Below are positions 1 to 18,280 of a DNA stretch of 64,000 nucleotides, one piece after another (within the stretch, counting starts at the first letter, position 1; each line of letters starts with the position of its first letter). This stretch comes from the human T2T-CHM13v2.0 reference genome, Homo sapiens: assembly GCF_009914755.1 (NCBI RefSeq), contig NC_060941.1; one strand, 5' to 3'. The translations under genes were made by a program, and so were the position numbers. The notes under the pieces were generated by a model, which had not been told where the DNA came from, did not search any database, and saw only the letters and a list, made by a program, of their open reading frames with translations.

Positions 1-830
1 CCCCGCCCTCCACGGGGAAGGGGGCGGGGCCGTTCCCCCAGCCGGCTACCGTGCATGAGGGGGTGGGACCGTGGCCCCCGAGCCCCGAGCCCTGAGCCCC
101 GGCTGTAGCCCCCCGCTCTCCTATGGTGCTCCTCTGCCTACCGCCTTTCCCGGGGCTTTTCTGGGAAGGGGGAATAGTTATGTCTGGAGCCCCGAGTTTA
201 CATCGGAGAGAGGGAGGCGTTCCCTCAACTTATTTGTTTGCTCAGGTTTGAGCCTCCACGCCGCGCCATCCACACACGCTCGGCCGGGTGCCCTGGATGC
301 GAGGCGGGAGGAAGCGGGGCCGGACAGCTGGATGCGTCTCCCTGCGGTGGGCCAGCTGCCTGCGCTTTAAAGGGGCGCTTGTGCGGCGCCTGCCGAGCGT
401 GAGAGCCGCCCCGGCGTCGGTCTCCCACTTCGGACTCGACGCGCCGAAGCTGGCCCTGGGTAGACCCGAGCTCCTTCCCCACCCTCGGGCGCGCCCCCAC
501 CCCTCTCTTCCAACCCCGCTTGCGTTTCTGTCGCCGGCGCCCTCATCCCCTTTTTCCACCGCTGAAGGCTAAGCAGAGAAGTGGGAAGTGGGGGAGAGTG
601 GCCCACAGGAATGGCAAACACACCTGGAAACCACAGGCCACAAGCACAGTCGCACCATCCCCCCTCCTTCATCGCCCCGAAATATCTCCATCCCTCATCC
701 CCAACCCTAGTGGTCAGGACCCGCCCCTGAGGGGTCTCAGGGCGGCGGCTGAGTGGCGCCGAGGTGTACTTGGCAGATGCCACATTCGGGCGGTGGCCCC
801 AGGACTGTGAGGAGGGGTGCGGGAGGGGGT
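1..830 (-). promoter_or_regulatory. CHAD: CpG island with GC boxes inside an ACSF2 intron; probable upstream promoter region of the nested minus-strand gene CHAD (its coding sequence lies outside the window)
   Basis: High GC and CpG density; Sp1-type boxes at 1-30 (ccccgccc, ggggcggggc). The CHAD assignment rests only on the recalled locus arrangement; no CHAD coding sequence is visible. Confidence 0.5.
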
Positions 831-2027
831 GGGGCAGGTCGAGGGACCAGCCCTGGACGGCTCTGGCTGCCAGACCCTAAGTTCTGTGGGCAGTCCCGCC
901 CCAGCCCGCCAGATTTCTGTGTGCCCACTTGCCAGCCACGATGTCCGGATTCCTGTGGAAAGGGGAGGGTGAGCAGGCAGGGTCACAGCTCTGGCCTCAG
1001 GGTGAGCTCCAAGCTGCCTGGCACAGGATATTGTCTGTGATGAGGGGTGGAAGGAGAAACCAGAACCCACACTGAACCAAACCCCAGCCGTGCCAGAGCC
1101 AGAGCAGCTGATATGGGGGAAGCTTGGTGCAGGGAGGAGGATGGATGAGATCTGGTATCCGTTGATTAAAGGGGACCTAGGATACGGGGTAACTAGCCTC
1201 TCTTCCCTTACCCAGTACCCTCGTGTTGGGGCCTGGTTTCCAGGGCCTGCCCTTTTCCCAAACCTCTCTGCCCCTTGCCTCTAGGATAGGAGGGTCATAC
1301 TTGGCCTAGACCATTCCTTGATGGTATTTAGGCTTCTCCAAGGCTGGCTTCTGGTTTTTCTGTTGCTCAGGCTTTCCAACCACTGGAAATGGGGGAGGTG
1401 GGGTGGGGGTACCACTGGTTTTTAAAATCACTGCTTAGGTTGTTTTTTTATTTTGATGGAAATAAATTCACGGGAAACTCTCCAGAGCTTGGGGGACGCC
1501 TGCCCCAAGGCCAGGCACTTGTTCAGGGTTTGCAGAATGCGGGGGTGGGGTTGTGTCTGTGCCACTCCTAGCTGGGCCAAGGCAGGCTGGCTTTCTCATC
1601 AAGTTTATGGGGCCTTCAGCTTGGAAGGGAGGAGCCGGGGATGTGGCCTGAAATCAGGAAGGTGGGGTTAAGGCAGCCAGGGGATGGGGGGAGAAGTGTG
1701 GGGTGTTGGTAATACCGGAGCCACAGGCACAGACAGGTGGCTGCTCCAGGGAAACGGGGCACTGAGAGAGCTCCAGCTGGAAGAGAATGGTGTCCCTGCT
1801 CTCAATTTTCTTTCAGATCTGGGGCCCTGCAGAGATCTAGTCTGCTCACTCCCAGCACCTCTGCCTCCTGACCCCAGGCCCCTACCAATGATGTCTCTGT
1901 TTCCACCATTCGGCTGCCCTCCACTTTCCCTTTTCTTTTATGAATTCCTTCCCATTTCCTCAGATAGCTCACCTGATCCCTCTGCACGTGCTGAGCCCTC
2001 TTCAAACACCCTTTCTGGACCCTCTAG

Positions 2028-5551
<3,524 letters not shown>

Positions 5552-5552
<1 letters not shown>

Positions 5553-5817
5553 ATAAAGCAGCAGGCCTGTCCTGGCCGGTTGGCTTGACTCTCTCCTGTC
5601 AGAATGCAACCTGGCTTTATGCACCTAGATGTCCCCAGCACCCAGTTCTGAGCCAGGCACATCAAATGTCAAGGAATTGACTGAACGAACTAAGAGCTCC
5701 TGGATGGGTCCGGGAACTCGCCTGGGCACAAGGTGCCAAAAGGCAGGCAGCCTGCCCAGGCCCTCCCTCCTGTCCATCCCCCACATTCCCCTGTCTGTCC
5801 TTGTGATTTGGCATAAA
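5552..5817 (+). terminator. ACSF2: ACSF2 3'UTR with polyadenylation signals
   Basis: AATAAA at 5552-5557 overlaps the stop codon; variant CATAAA at 5812-5817 is followed by U-rich sequence. Confidence 0.6.
5565..5752 (+). repeat. Local direct duplication, copy 1 (in ACSF2 3'UTR)
   Basis: Aligns without gaps to 9594-9781 with 6 mismatches in 188 bp. Confidence 0.97.
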
Positions 5818-6011
5818 GAGCTTCTGTTTTCTTTGGCTTCTTGCTGGTGGGCTCTCTTGGCAGCTACTACAGGATGGAGAAGGGAAGACACTGAGGGGAA
5901 CTAGCACTTTCAGACGTCCTATTCCTTGTCATTGAGAGTGCAGAGCACCTTGATGTGGATTATCTACTTAATTTAACCCTCACCCTTGGTATCCCTTTGA
6001 GATACCAACCC

Positions 6012-6319
6012 ATTTTTGTTGTTGTTCTTGTTTTTTGAGACAGAGTCTTGCCCTGTCACCCAGGCTGGAGTGTAGTCATGCGATCTCAGCTCAGTGCAAC
6101 CTCTGCCTCCCTAATTCAAGTGATTCTCCTTCCTCACCCTCCCAAGTAACTGGGATTGCAGATACCCACCACCACACCCAACTAACTTTTGTATTTTTAG
6201 TAGAGGCGAGGTTTTACCATGTTGGCCAGGCTGGTCCTCAAACTCCTGACCTCAAGCAATCCGCCTGCCTCAGCCTACCAAAGTGCTGGGATTACAGGCA
6301 TGAACCACTGCGCCTGGCC
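6012..6319 (-). mobile_element. Alu
   Basis: Reverse Alu from T-rich tail to ...gcgcctggcc. Confidence 0.9.
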
Positions 6320-6396
6320 CCAATTTTTTATTTTTAAGCTACTCTAATTTAATTCTTTTTCACATTGTTGCCAGATTAGTCTAGCAAGAAGTATTC

Positions 6397-6890
<494 letters not shown>

Positions 6891-7060
6891 CCCCAACCAA
6901 CCTCATTTTTAGTTTTTATTTGTTTTGATTGGTGAACCTGGGGCATCCCTCGTAGGCAGGGCCAGATAAAGCAGGTTGTACCTTGACCCAAGAAATAAAA
7001 ACAGCTGGGTTCCAAAAGGCACATAGATTCCCAGTTCACAGGAATGGAAACTTGCCTCCT

Positions 7061-7500
7061 GCCTGCCCCCTTACCTCCCAGCGCGCCTGCCCCCTTACCT
7101 CCCAGCGCGCCTGCCCCCTTACCTCGCAGCGCGCCTGCCCCCTTACCTCGCAGCGCGCCTGCCCCCTTACCTCGCAGCGCGCCTGCCCCCTTACCTCGCA
7201 GCGCGCCTGCCCCCTTACCTCCCAGCGCGCCTGCCCCCTTACCTCCCAGCGCGCCTGCCCCCTTACCTCGCAGCGCGGCTGCCCCCTTACCTCCCAGCGC
7301 GCCTGCCCCCTTACCTCGCAGCGCGCCTGCCCCCTTACCTCGCAGCGCGCCTGCCCCCTTACCTCCCAGCGCGCCTGCCCCCTTACCTCGCAGCGCGCCT
7401 GCCCCCTTACCTCCCAGCGCGCCTGCCCCCTTACCTCGCAGCGCGCCTGCCCCCTTACCTCGCAGCGTGCCTGCCCCCTTACCTCCCAGCGTGCCTGCCC
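7061..7500. repeat. Minisatellite/VNTR, 24-bp unit GCCTGCCCCCTTACCTC(C/G)CAGCGC, 18 full copies plus 8 bp
   Basis: Read unit by unit. The C/G variant pattern is CCGGGGCCGCGGCGCGGC; unit 10 starts ggctg and units 17-18 end cgt. Confidence 0.98.
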
Positions 7501-7725
7501 AAGGCAGCAGCAGCCTCCTCTTGACTTTTTAAGAAATGAACATAGGTTTAAGGTATTTTCAGTACCAGGCTCTGTGCTAGGTACTTTCACATTATTTTCT
7601 CTCCAAATCTTCCCAACAATCCTTTCAAGTAGCCATTGGTCCCACTTCACGAATGACCCAACAGAAACTCAGGGAGGTTCCGTATCTTGCTCAAGGTCAC
7701 ACAGCTGGATCAGAACCCAGCTGTC

Positions 7726-9121
<1,396 letters not shown>

Positions 9122-9593
9122 CCGCCTGCCTCTGAAGCCCATGATGTTTCTGCTTTGTGGGACAGTTGTTCAGGTGCCTGCTTCCCCAGGCCTTCCCCTG
9201 CGCCTTCCCCCTCTCTCCTACACACACCATCTGACTGTCCTTCCAGCACGTACACCTCCAGATGCTTGGGTTGGCCTGACCCAAAACAGTCTACTCTCCC
9301 GGCCAAGCCAATTGCCCCTGGGATTTTCTGCTCCTCCAAGATCCCGTGCATAGCCCTGGTGGTGGCTCATGCCCTTAATCCTTAGTTACTCTAGATGCTG
9401 AGGCAGGAGGATCGCTTGAGGCCGAGGAGTTCAAGACCTCCCCTCTCCCAAATATTTGTAAATGAAATTAAAAGAAAGATCCAGCCCAAGTGTCTCTTCT
9501 GCCCTACTGACTCCCACACTCTTACAACAGATGACCTCACAGCACTGAGGCAGACGGCTCTGGTGTCCAGCAGGCACGGAATTAATACGCCTT

Positions 9594-9781
9594 GCCTGTC
9601 CTGGCCGGTTGGCTTGCCTCTCTCCTGCCAGAATGCAACCTGGCTTTATGCACCTAGATGTCCCCAGCGCCCAGTTCTGAGCCAGGCACATCAAATGTCA
9701 AGGAATTGACTGAACAAACTAAGAGCTCCTGGATGGGTCCGGGAACTCGCCCGGGCACAAGGTGCCAAAAGGCAAGCAGCC
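9594..9781 (+). repeat. Local direct duplication, copy 2 (in RSAD1 proximal promoter)
   Basis: Same block as 5565-5752, offset 4,029 bp; ends 200 bp upstream of the RSAD1 ATG. Confidence 0.97.
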
Positions 9782-10250
9782 CGCCTCGCGGCCTGGGGAA
9801 AGAACCGACAGGAGGCCGCAGTGAGCGCCCGGGCGCCCGGCAGGTGGCGCCGCAGCCCCGGGCCCGGGCCCTCTTGTCGCGCGGTCACGCAGCCCCTCTT
9901 CCTTCCGCCGGCTGCGCACTCACAGTGATCCCTGCGCGCGTCTCCTGCTCGGGTCAGTGCGCCGCGCTGCGCTGGGCGCCATGGCGCTCCCCGGAGCCCG
10001 GGCTCGCGGCTGGGCGGCAGCAGCCAGAGCGGCCCAGAGGCGCCGCCGCGTGGAGAACGCAGGAGGGTCCCCGAGTCCTGAGCCTGCGGGCCGGCGCGCG
10101 GCGCTTTACGTACACGTGAGTAGGGGCGGGGGCGGAGCCCACGGTGTGTGGCCGCAGCCCTGGCCGTGACCGTGGCCGTCCAAAACCCAGGTGGCGGTTT
10201 GTCACTCTATGAACCCGCCTGCCGTGTTTCCGTGCCCCCGTACGAGGTCT
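9780..10250 (+). promoter_or_regulatory. RSAD1: RSAD1 CpG-island promoter and first exon
   Basis: Dense CpG sequence and GC boxes around the ATG at 9981 (strong Kozak context gccATGG). Confidence 0.85.
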
Positions 10251-13200
10251 GGGATGGGACCCTGTGCTTTGGCAGGGAAATGACTTGGTCCAGAAACCTG
10301 AAGTCTCTGCTACTCACCGGCTCGGTGACTCTGACCAAATGGTTCAAATTTCATAACAATTTTTCTCTTAGCAAGACAAAATTTTCTTAAGAGCAGTGTT
10401 CTGACTCGGTAGCTGGGAAAATGGCTCATAGGAAAATTGTATGAAAATTATATGATCCCAGAAAGAGCTTGGGTTGAATTCCTTCCTGACGGCTGCTGGT
10501 TGGAAGAGGCAGCGTAACAAAGGAGTGAGCCTCAGTTTTCTCACATTGAAGTGGATGTAATAACCCCAGTGCGACCTGCCTTGGGGAGTTGTGTGGCTTA
10601 GATGTCCTAGCTACTGTGGAAAGACCTCGGGATAGGGGTGGGGGTGGGGTTGGGGGTGTGTGCGACTGAACCCTGGAAGTGGCCAGGGCAGCTCTCACCG
10701 CGCACGTGCACTCACTGCCCCCAGTGGCCTTACTGCGAGAAGCGCTGCAGTTACTGCAACTTCAACAAGTACATCCCTCGCCGCCTGGAGGAGGCTGCCA
10801 TGCAGAAGTGTCTGGTGACCGAAGCTCAGACGCTGCTGCGGCTCAGCGGGGTGCAACGGTGGGTAGTGGGGGCTGTAGGCAGCGTTTTGGGAAATATTTG
10901 GAGGAGTGGTGGGGGATAGGTGCAGGCATCCCAGAGGGCTCCCCCAGGTCTCATTTCTCCATTCTCTTTCCCCAGGGTGGAGTCTGTGTTCTTTGGTGGG
11001 GGGACCCCCAGTCTAGCCAGTCCCCACACGGTGGCTGCTGTCCTGGAGGCTGTGGCACAGACAGCCCACCTGCCTGCAGACTCGGAAGTCACATTGGAGG
11101 CTAATCCTACTTCAGCTCCGGGCTCCAGACTGGCAGAGTTCGGGGCAGCAGGGGTTAACAGGTTGTCTATAGGCCTCCAGGTAACCCATGGCACTCACCC
11201 CATCCCAGTGCACCCCGCCCTTCAGTGCCATCTCCTCTTTGGTCACATTCATTCATTGGGCAAACATTGATTGAGCACCTTCTGGGTGCCAGGGACACAG
11301 TAGGGCCTAGTGCGACACTTTTATAACTCCTTAATTGTCTGCTGCTGTCATAGACCACAGACTTTATGAGAAAGGGATCAGGTGTGGCTTTTCTATTTCA
11401 AACACTTACCATAGTGCCTGGCACATAGTAGGTGGTCAAAAAAGATTTGCTACATGACACGGGAGACGCAGACATGTAGCCAGATTATTGCAGCATGGTA
11501 AATGTCACCTGTAAAGGGGGTCTCTATAAAAGGCTTCTAGAGTACAGCCTGAAGGGAGGTCACTCTGATGAAATCACTGAAACTTCTCTGGAGGAGATGT
11601 TTGAATGAAGAGGAAGAGTTCACCAGGTGAGGGGGTGTGGGGGAAACGACACAGGCCATGGAAGAGCCTGGCATGTTTTGGGGGAGTTGTGAGTCATTCC
11701 TTGTGATTGGAGAGGCTGGAAACAAGGTTGCAAGGTAGAGTCCAAAACCTTTGGTGCCTACTAAGGAGTGTGGGTTTTGTCCTAGTAATGATAGGGAGCC
11801 ATTGAAGGTTTTTAAGTAGGGAGAAACCTAGTCGTCTCAGGTTGACCTCCGATATTTCCGTAGGACTTCCGGGTTGTGGGCTTTGTTCTGATGGAATATG
11901 CTGACAGAAACACATCACTTCTAAGATATTCTTACCCCAAAGCGCATATCTTGAATCTAATTGTCAGGAAACCCTGAATTAAGAGATTTTTACAAAATTA
12001 TTGTGGTAAGAACAGACAGCATGAGATCTACCGTCTTAACAAGTTTTTAAATGTACATACAGCACTGTTAACTATAAGCACAGTGTTATACAGCCAATCT
12101 GTAGAAATTATTCATTTTAAATAATTCATTTAAATAATTATAATTCGTAAATAATAATAATTTATTTAAATTCATTAAATTATTCATTTTAAACAACTGG
12201 CCTGTATTCTTCAAAAATGCCAGTGTCATGAGAGACAAAGAAAGGCTGAGAATCTAAAGGAGACAGAAGAGACAGCTGAATACAATGTGTGGCCCCTGAC
12301 TGGGGAGGAAGGAGGAAATTACTACAGTAGATGTTATTGGGACCATTAGCCAAATTTGAATATGACAATGTATTATGTAATGGTGTTGTGTCAGTGTTGC
12401 ATTTCCTGAACTCTGTAATTGGATTGCAGTTATGTAAGAGAATGTCCTTGTTCTTTAGGAAATACACACCTAAGTATTTAGAGGTTAGGGAGTATAATAT
12501 CTATAACTGCTATTCAATATAGTGGCCACTAGCCACAGACTAGTGAGCATTTGAAATGTGGTAAGTTAAGTTTAATTCACTTAAATTTAAATAACCACAT
12601 GTGGCTACTACCTATCATATTGGACAGTACAGATATGAACATTTCCACCATTGTAGAAAGTTCTTTTGGACAGTGCTGGTTTATAATTTACTGTTAAATG
12701 ATTCAGCATAATAACAGGTATGTATGTTTAAAGAGAAACAAATATGGACAAATGGTGAATCAAGATGAAGGTTTTTTTTGTGATTTTCTTTCAACTTTTC
12801 TATAGGTTAGAATTATTTAAAATTGAAAAGTAAAGTAAATAAAGACTTGATTTTGGAGTCAGACAGTCCTAAATTCCAGGTCGAACTTTGCAACTGTATG
12901 GCCTGGACAAGTTACTTAACACCTCTGAACCTCAGTTTTCTCATCTGTAAAATAGAACTAATATTGGAGGGTTACAAAGATTAAATTAGACACTACATAA
13001 AGGTGCTTGGCACATAGCGACCCTTCTGTGAATGGCAGCTCTTGGTGCCAGCTTGACCTTCCCCCTCCTGCCTTCCAGCTGCCTGCCACGTGCTGCGTTC
13101 TCCCTGTATCTGTGTCTACAATGGGGAGGAGGGTTCTTGTCTCTCTCTGAGCTGCTGGTATGCTTACACCCACCCTCTTTTCCCAGTCCCTAGATGACAC

Positions 13201-15962
13201 TGAGCTCCGGCTGTTGGGACGGACGCACTCGGCCTGCGATGCTCTGCGGACGCTGGCAGAGGCCCGGCGCCTCTTTCCCGGGCGCGTGTCTGTAGACTTG
13301 ATGCTGGGGCTGCCGGCACAGCAGGTGGGGCCGTGGCTTGGGCAGCTGCAGGAACTGCTGCACCACTGTGATGACCACCTCTCCCTCTACCAGCTGTCCC
13401 TGGAGCGGGGCACCGCACTCTTCGCCCAGGTGCAGCGGGGTGCCCTTCCAGCCCCTGACCCGGAGCTCGCAGCTGAGATGTACCAGAGGGGCCGGGCTGT
13501 CCTTCGGGAGGCTGGCTTCCACCAGTATGAGGTCTCCAACTTTGCCCGGAATGTAAGTTCTGGGGCTGATGGCTGGAGGTGGAGGATGGGCAGACTGCAG
13601 TGTGACCAGGGCGTTGTGACCTTCTGAAGAGAAGGATCCTGGCCGAGATGGTGGGACATTCTAACCTGGGGCCCCTTACCTGAGTCTAAAAATGAGGCCT
13701 GCCCTCTTCACTCTGCACTATTTCCTCCCTCCCCGCAGGGGGCGCTCAGTACCCACAATTGGACTTACTGGCAGTGTGGTCAGTACCTTGGCGTTGGGCC
13801 TGGTGAGTCCCGTGAACTACAGAAAGGGTGACTCAGGAGAGGAATGTCGTGGCTGTGTGAACTTGGGCCACATTAACCTCTCCAAGCCTCTATTTTCTCA
13901 TATGTAAAATGTGGCAAAAAATAATACCTCCCTATAGAACTGTTGAGCATGAATTATAAGGGGCTTAATGTTGCACCTTGCACTAGGGTTCTCAGCCTTT
14001 AGTGTGTATGAGAATCTCCTGGAGGGCTTGTTAAAACCCAAGCTGCTGGGCCCCACCCTCAGAATTCCCAATTGGACAGGGCTAGAGGAGAGCCCAAGAA
14101 TTTATATGTCTTGGCATTTTGGGATAGATGATTAAAAAAAAAAGAAAAAGAAAAAAGGGCCTGGTGTCATGTGCCTCTAATCTGAGCTACTTGGGAAGCT
14201 GAGGTGGAAAGATCGTTTGACCCCAGGCGTCCAAGACCAGCCTGGGCAGTATAGTGAGACACCACCTCAAAAAAAAAAAAAAAAAAAAAGAAAGAAAGAA
14301 AGAAAGAAAGAAAAGAAAAGAAAAATAATTTATATTTCCAGTATGTTAGAGGCAGTTGCTCCAGGGACCACATGATTTAAATCTGGTAAACACATAGTAT
14401 TAACAGCCATTAATGTGGGGATGGTTGTTGATGTTGTCAGGGGCCCATGGACGATTTATGCCCCAGGGGGCTGGAGGCCACACCCGGGAGGCTCGGATCC
14501 AGACACTGGAGCCTGACAACTGGATGAAGGAGGTGATGCTGTTTGGCCATGGCACCCGGAAGCGTGTCCCCCTGGGCAGGCTGGAGCTGTGAGCATCCAA
14601 GGGCACAGGGCTCTCCTCCAGGATCCCCACACCCCAAGACCATGTCTATTTGTATATCTTTTATTTCCTGTCTTGTCCTGGCCCCTGCCTTGCCACATAC
14701 TGTATGGTCCCTGTTAGCCTCCTCTAAATGCATCCCAGTGTAGAATTTGGAGAATGGGAGGAGCACAGGCCTCCTCTCTAAGACTCCTTGGTGATTTTTC
14801 TTTGAGGCTGGAGGAAGTTTTGGCCCTGGGGCTACGCACCGATGTGGGGATCACTCACCAGGTAAGGAGTTAGGATTCTTGCACACCACTCCCTCCTAAA
14901 GTCTTGCAGAATCAATGCCCCCTCCCTGCCACCCCCCCCACACACATATACCTCCAATTTCTGTGAGATTGGCAGCTAGAAGTGGGGCCCAGGTCCAGCT
15001 GAGGCCTGATGGGCAGAAGCAGTGAGCAGTGGTGCATAGCTAAGAACCCTAGACCAGGGCTGCAGAGACCCAAGTTCCAGCCCTCATTTTACTGCAACCT
15101 TGGACACAAATCCTTTCACCTCTCTTAACCTCAATTTTCTGAGCTCTGTGAAGCAATAGATAGATAAAGGGTTTCCACTTGTTTTTAGGGAGCACTGAAA
15201 CCTCTCATAGGAAGCACAGTAGATAATTATCAAGCAAATCCAGAGCTGCTCTGGATAAAGCAGAGCCATAAAGCCCTGGCTAGAGCTGGCTGAGAGGGGA
15301 GGGAAGAGAGGAGGCATAGAGGAAGGCCTGGCTTGGCTGGAAGCTGGGTTCCAGTCTCAGTGGAATAGGAGTGAAGCTGCCCTCCTCCCTGCTGGCCCAT
15401 TGGCCTGGTTCTGCTTTCATGCATGTCAGCTGCTGAGATCTCCATGCTGAACTGGACCCTCCCCCACCTCTCACCATACCCCAACTATGTGGCCCAGAGT
15501 AGCCAGGCCAGCTCCCCACCTCTGACCCTCTGGCTTCCCCAGCACTGGCAGCAGTTTGAGCCCCAGCTGACCCTGTGGGATGTGTTTGGAGCGAACAAGG
15601 AGGTGCAGGAGCTGCTGGAGCGGGGCCTACTGCAGCTGGATCACAGGTGTGTTGGGGGGTGCCGGGCAGAGGGGGCTGAGGCATACCAGGGAGCCCTGAC
15701 TACAGCTCTCCACAGACCCAGGAGAAGTGAGAAAGACTGACTGGTAAGGCGGGACCTGCGGGTGCTGGGAGCTCGGCCCTGCTGGGTGATGGGCTTGAAA
15801 TTGGTAAGATGAAGTAGTCACCTTCAGGCCTCTTGGTTTTCCAGGGGTCTTCGGTGTTCCTGGGAGGGTCTGGCTGTGCTGGACTCTCTCTTGCTGACCC
15901 TCCTGCCTCAGCTCCAAGAAGCCTGGCAGCAGAGAACCCCCTCCCCTGTGCCAGGAGGATGA
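9981..15962 (+). CDS. RSAD1: Radical SAM domain-containing protein 1, mitochondrial (HemW-like heme chaperone), 442 aa, 9 exons
   Basis: Exons 9981-10115, 10725-10858, 10976-11180, 13187-13552, 13739-13802, 14441-14588, 14807-14861, 15543-15646 and 15845-15962 total 1329 nt. Motifs: Arg/Ala-rich presequence, [14 protein letters not shown] (CxxxCxxC at 10734-10757), GGGTP, and the HemW-type HNWTYW. Confidence 0.97.
11330..13030. mobile_element. Mixed ancient repeats in RSAD1 intron 3 (L2, L1M, MER3-like DNA transposon ~12520-12680, MIR)
   Basis: Diagnostic strings gtgcctggcacatagtaggt (L2), gccactagccac...ggacagtgctg (MER3-like) and cctcagttttctcatctgtaaaat (MIR). Confidence 0.6.
13985..14330. 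mobile_element. MER5A-like fragment followed by a FLAM monomer with A/(AAAG)n tail
   Basis: ggttctcagc...gcttgttaaaa...gctgggccccaccc, then a single Alu arm from ~14158. Confidence 0.65.
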
Positions 15963-17054
15963 CAAAAATGTTCCTGTGTTCCAGGGTAATGCCAGGTGGG
16001 TTTTGAGAGCTGGGTCGGTACTGCAGACATCTCTTCTCCGTTGTCGGGTGCCGTCTCTGCTCCTTGTGGTTATTGCTCAGCCCTGGCATCCCCAGGGGAA
16101 TGGCAGCAGTGAGGTAGATGGGAGGACATTTCTGGTCAGGGAACTGGCATCCCATTCAGCATCTCAGGACTCACAGGCCAACATGTGTTCCATGGCTGGG
16201 AATTGCCTACCACCCACATCAGCTTCTGTTTACCTTTTTGGCATCAAATAATGAACAGTGTTTGGAAATCTTTCTACAGGCAATTACCTCCCCAAGAGAA
16301 GCCTTCCTTATTTTGGAGTAAGGTCCTAAGATAGCTGGATGAATCAGGAAAACCATGTCCCCTCTAGGTATTATTAATATAAGCAGGAAGGGATCTACTA
16401 TAGGAATGAAGTATTTATAAACCACTGAAAGGGATAGAGAAGTGAACATTGGAGAAAGCCAGTAGCAACTGTGAGAAATCAGCAACTTGCAGGAGGCACA
16501 GAAAACTCCTGCTGATGGTCTCAGCTTCCAGCAGCACAAAAGCAGATGATGTACTGGAAAATGCTCAGAAGATGCTACAAAACCTCATGCCTACTGTCTG
16601 CCACTGCTGGAGAAGGAATCATGGTTTCTAGAAGTGCCTCTCATTAGTGGACTTTAAAGCAAATCCTGGCTGGCAGGAAATTCTGAGGAATATAGCTCTT
16701 AGGCTTCCAGCCTCTACCATGCAGGAGAGAACACAGAAGGACTGATGTATGTTGGTGGATCCATGTATGTGTCCAGCACAGCGGCCTGCTGGACTCTGAG
16801 AACTGGGAAAGATCAGAGCAAGCCTTGCCTCTTATCTTCGGGAAACCAGAATATGTTTGGGGTGGTAGGAGCCACACAGACTCTTCTGAGCCCCCTCACT
16901 CACTTCCTTCCCCCTGTGCCTTTCCTTTGAGAGTGAAGGTGGGTGGAGTTGACCAGAGAAAGGGGAGAGAATTCGGGAAAGACCCAAAGTGTTTGTAATT
17001 CTTCTTTGTCCTTTTACCTACAGAAATGGTCACATGGTTCTATTTAAATAGCCT

Positions 17055-17060
17055 AATAAA
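17055..17060 (+). terminator. RSAD1: RSAD1 polyadenylation signal
   Basis: AATAAA ~1.1 kb after the stop, followed by GU-rich sequence and then repeats. Confidence 0.75.
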
Positions 17061-17337
17061 CACATCTGGAGCCTGTCTTGACTGTGGTCCTCTCCTTTGA
17101 GCTCCTTCCTAGAGCGTGGAATCCTGATTTTGGGACTAGAACCTTAGCCTAGGGCTGAGATTCCTTCCCCCGCTCCCTACATTTTATTTTGAAGGATTTC
17201 AGACCTACAGAAAAGATAAAAGAATAGTTCATTGGAAGCCATATATCCTTTGTCTACTATGTAACTATAAAGTCTGGAAATAGGCAAATATTCATAATGC
17301 CATCAAGAACATCTTCAATCTATTGAAAAATATGATA

Positions 17338-18280
<943 letters not shown>

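Noticed and set aside
71-1070. Many overlapping ORFs in the left-edge CpG island
   Set aside because: GC-rich stop depletion explains them, and none resembles CHAD's leucine-rich repeats or any protein I recognise.
5629-5904. Twin ORFs starting MSPAPSSEPGTSNVKELTE (also at 9658-10119)
   Set aside because: The shared peptide merely reflects the DNA duplication. The ORFs diverge at its edge and have no recognisable domain.
7061-7500. CRISPR-like array
   Set aside because: Head-to-tail repeats with no unique spacers, no cas genes, and a eukaryotic context; it is a minisatellite.
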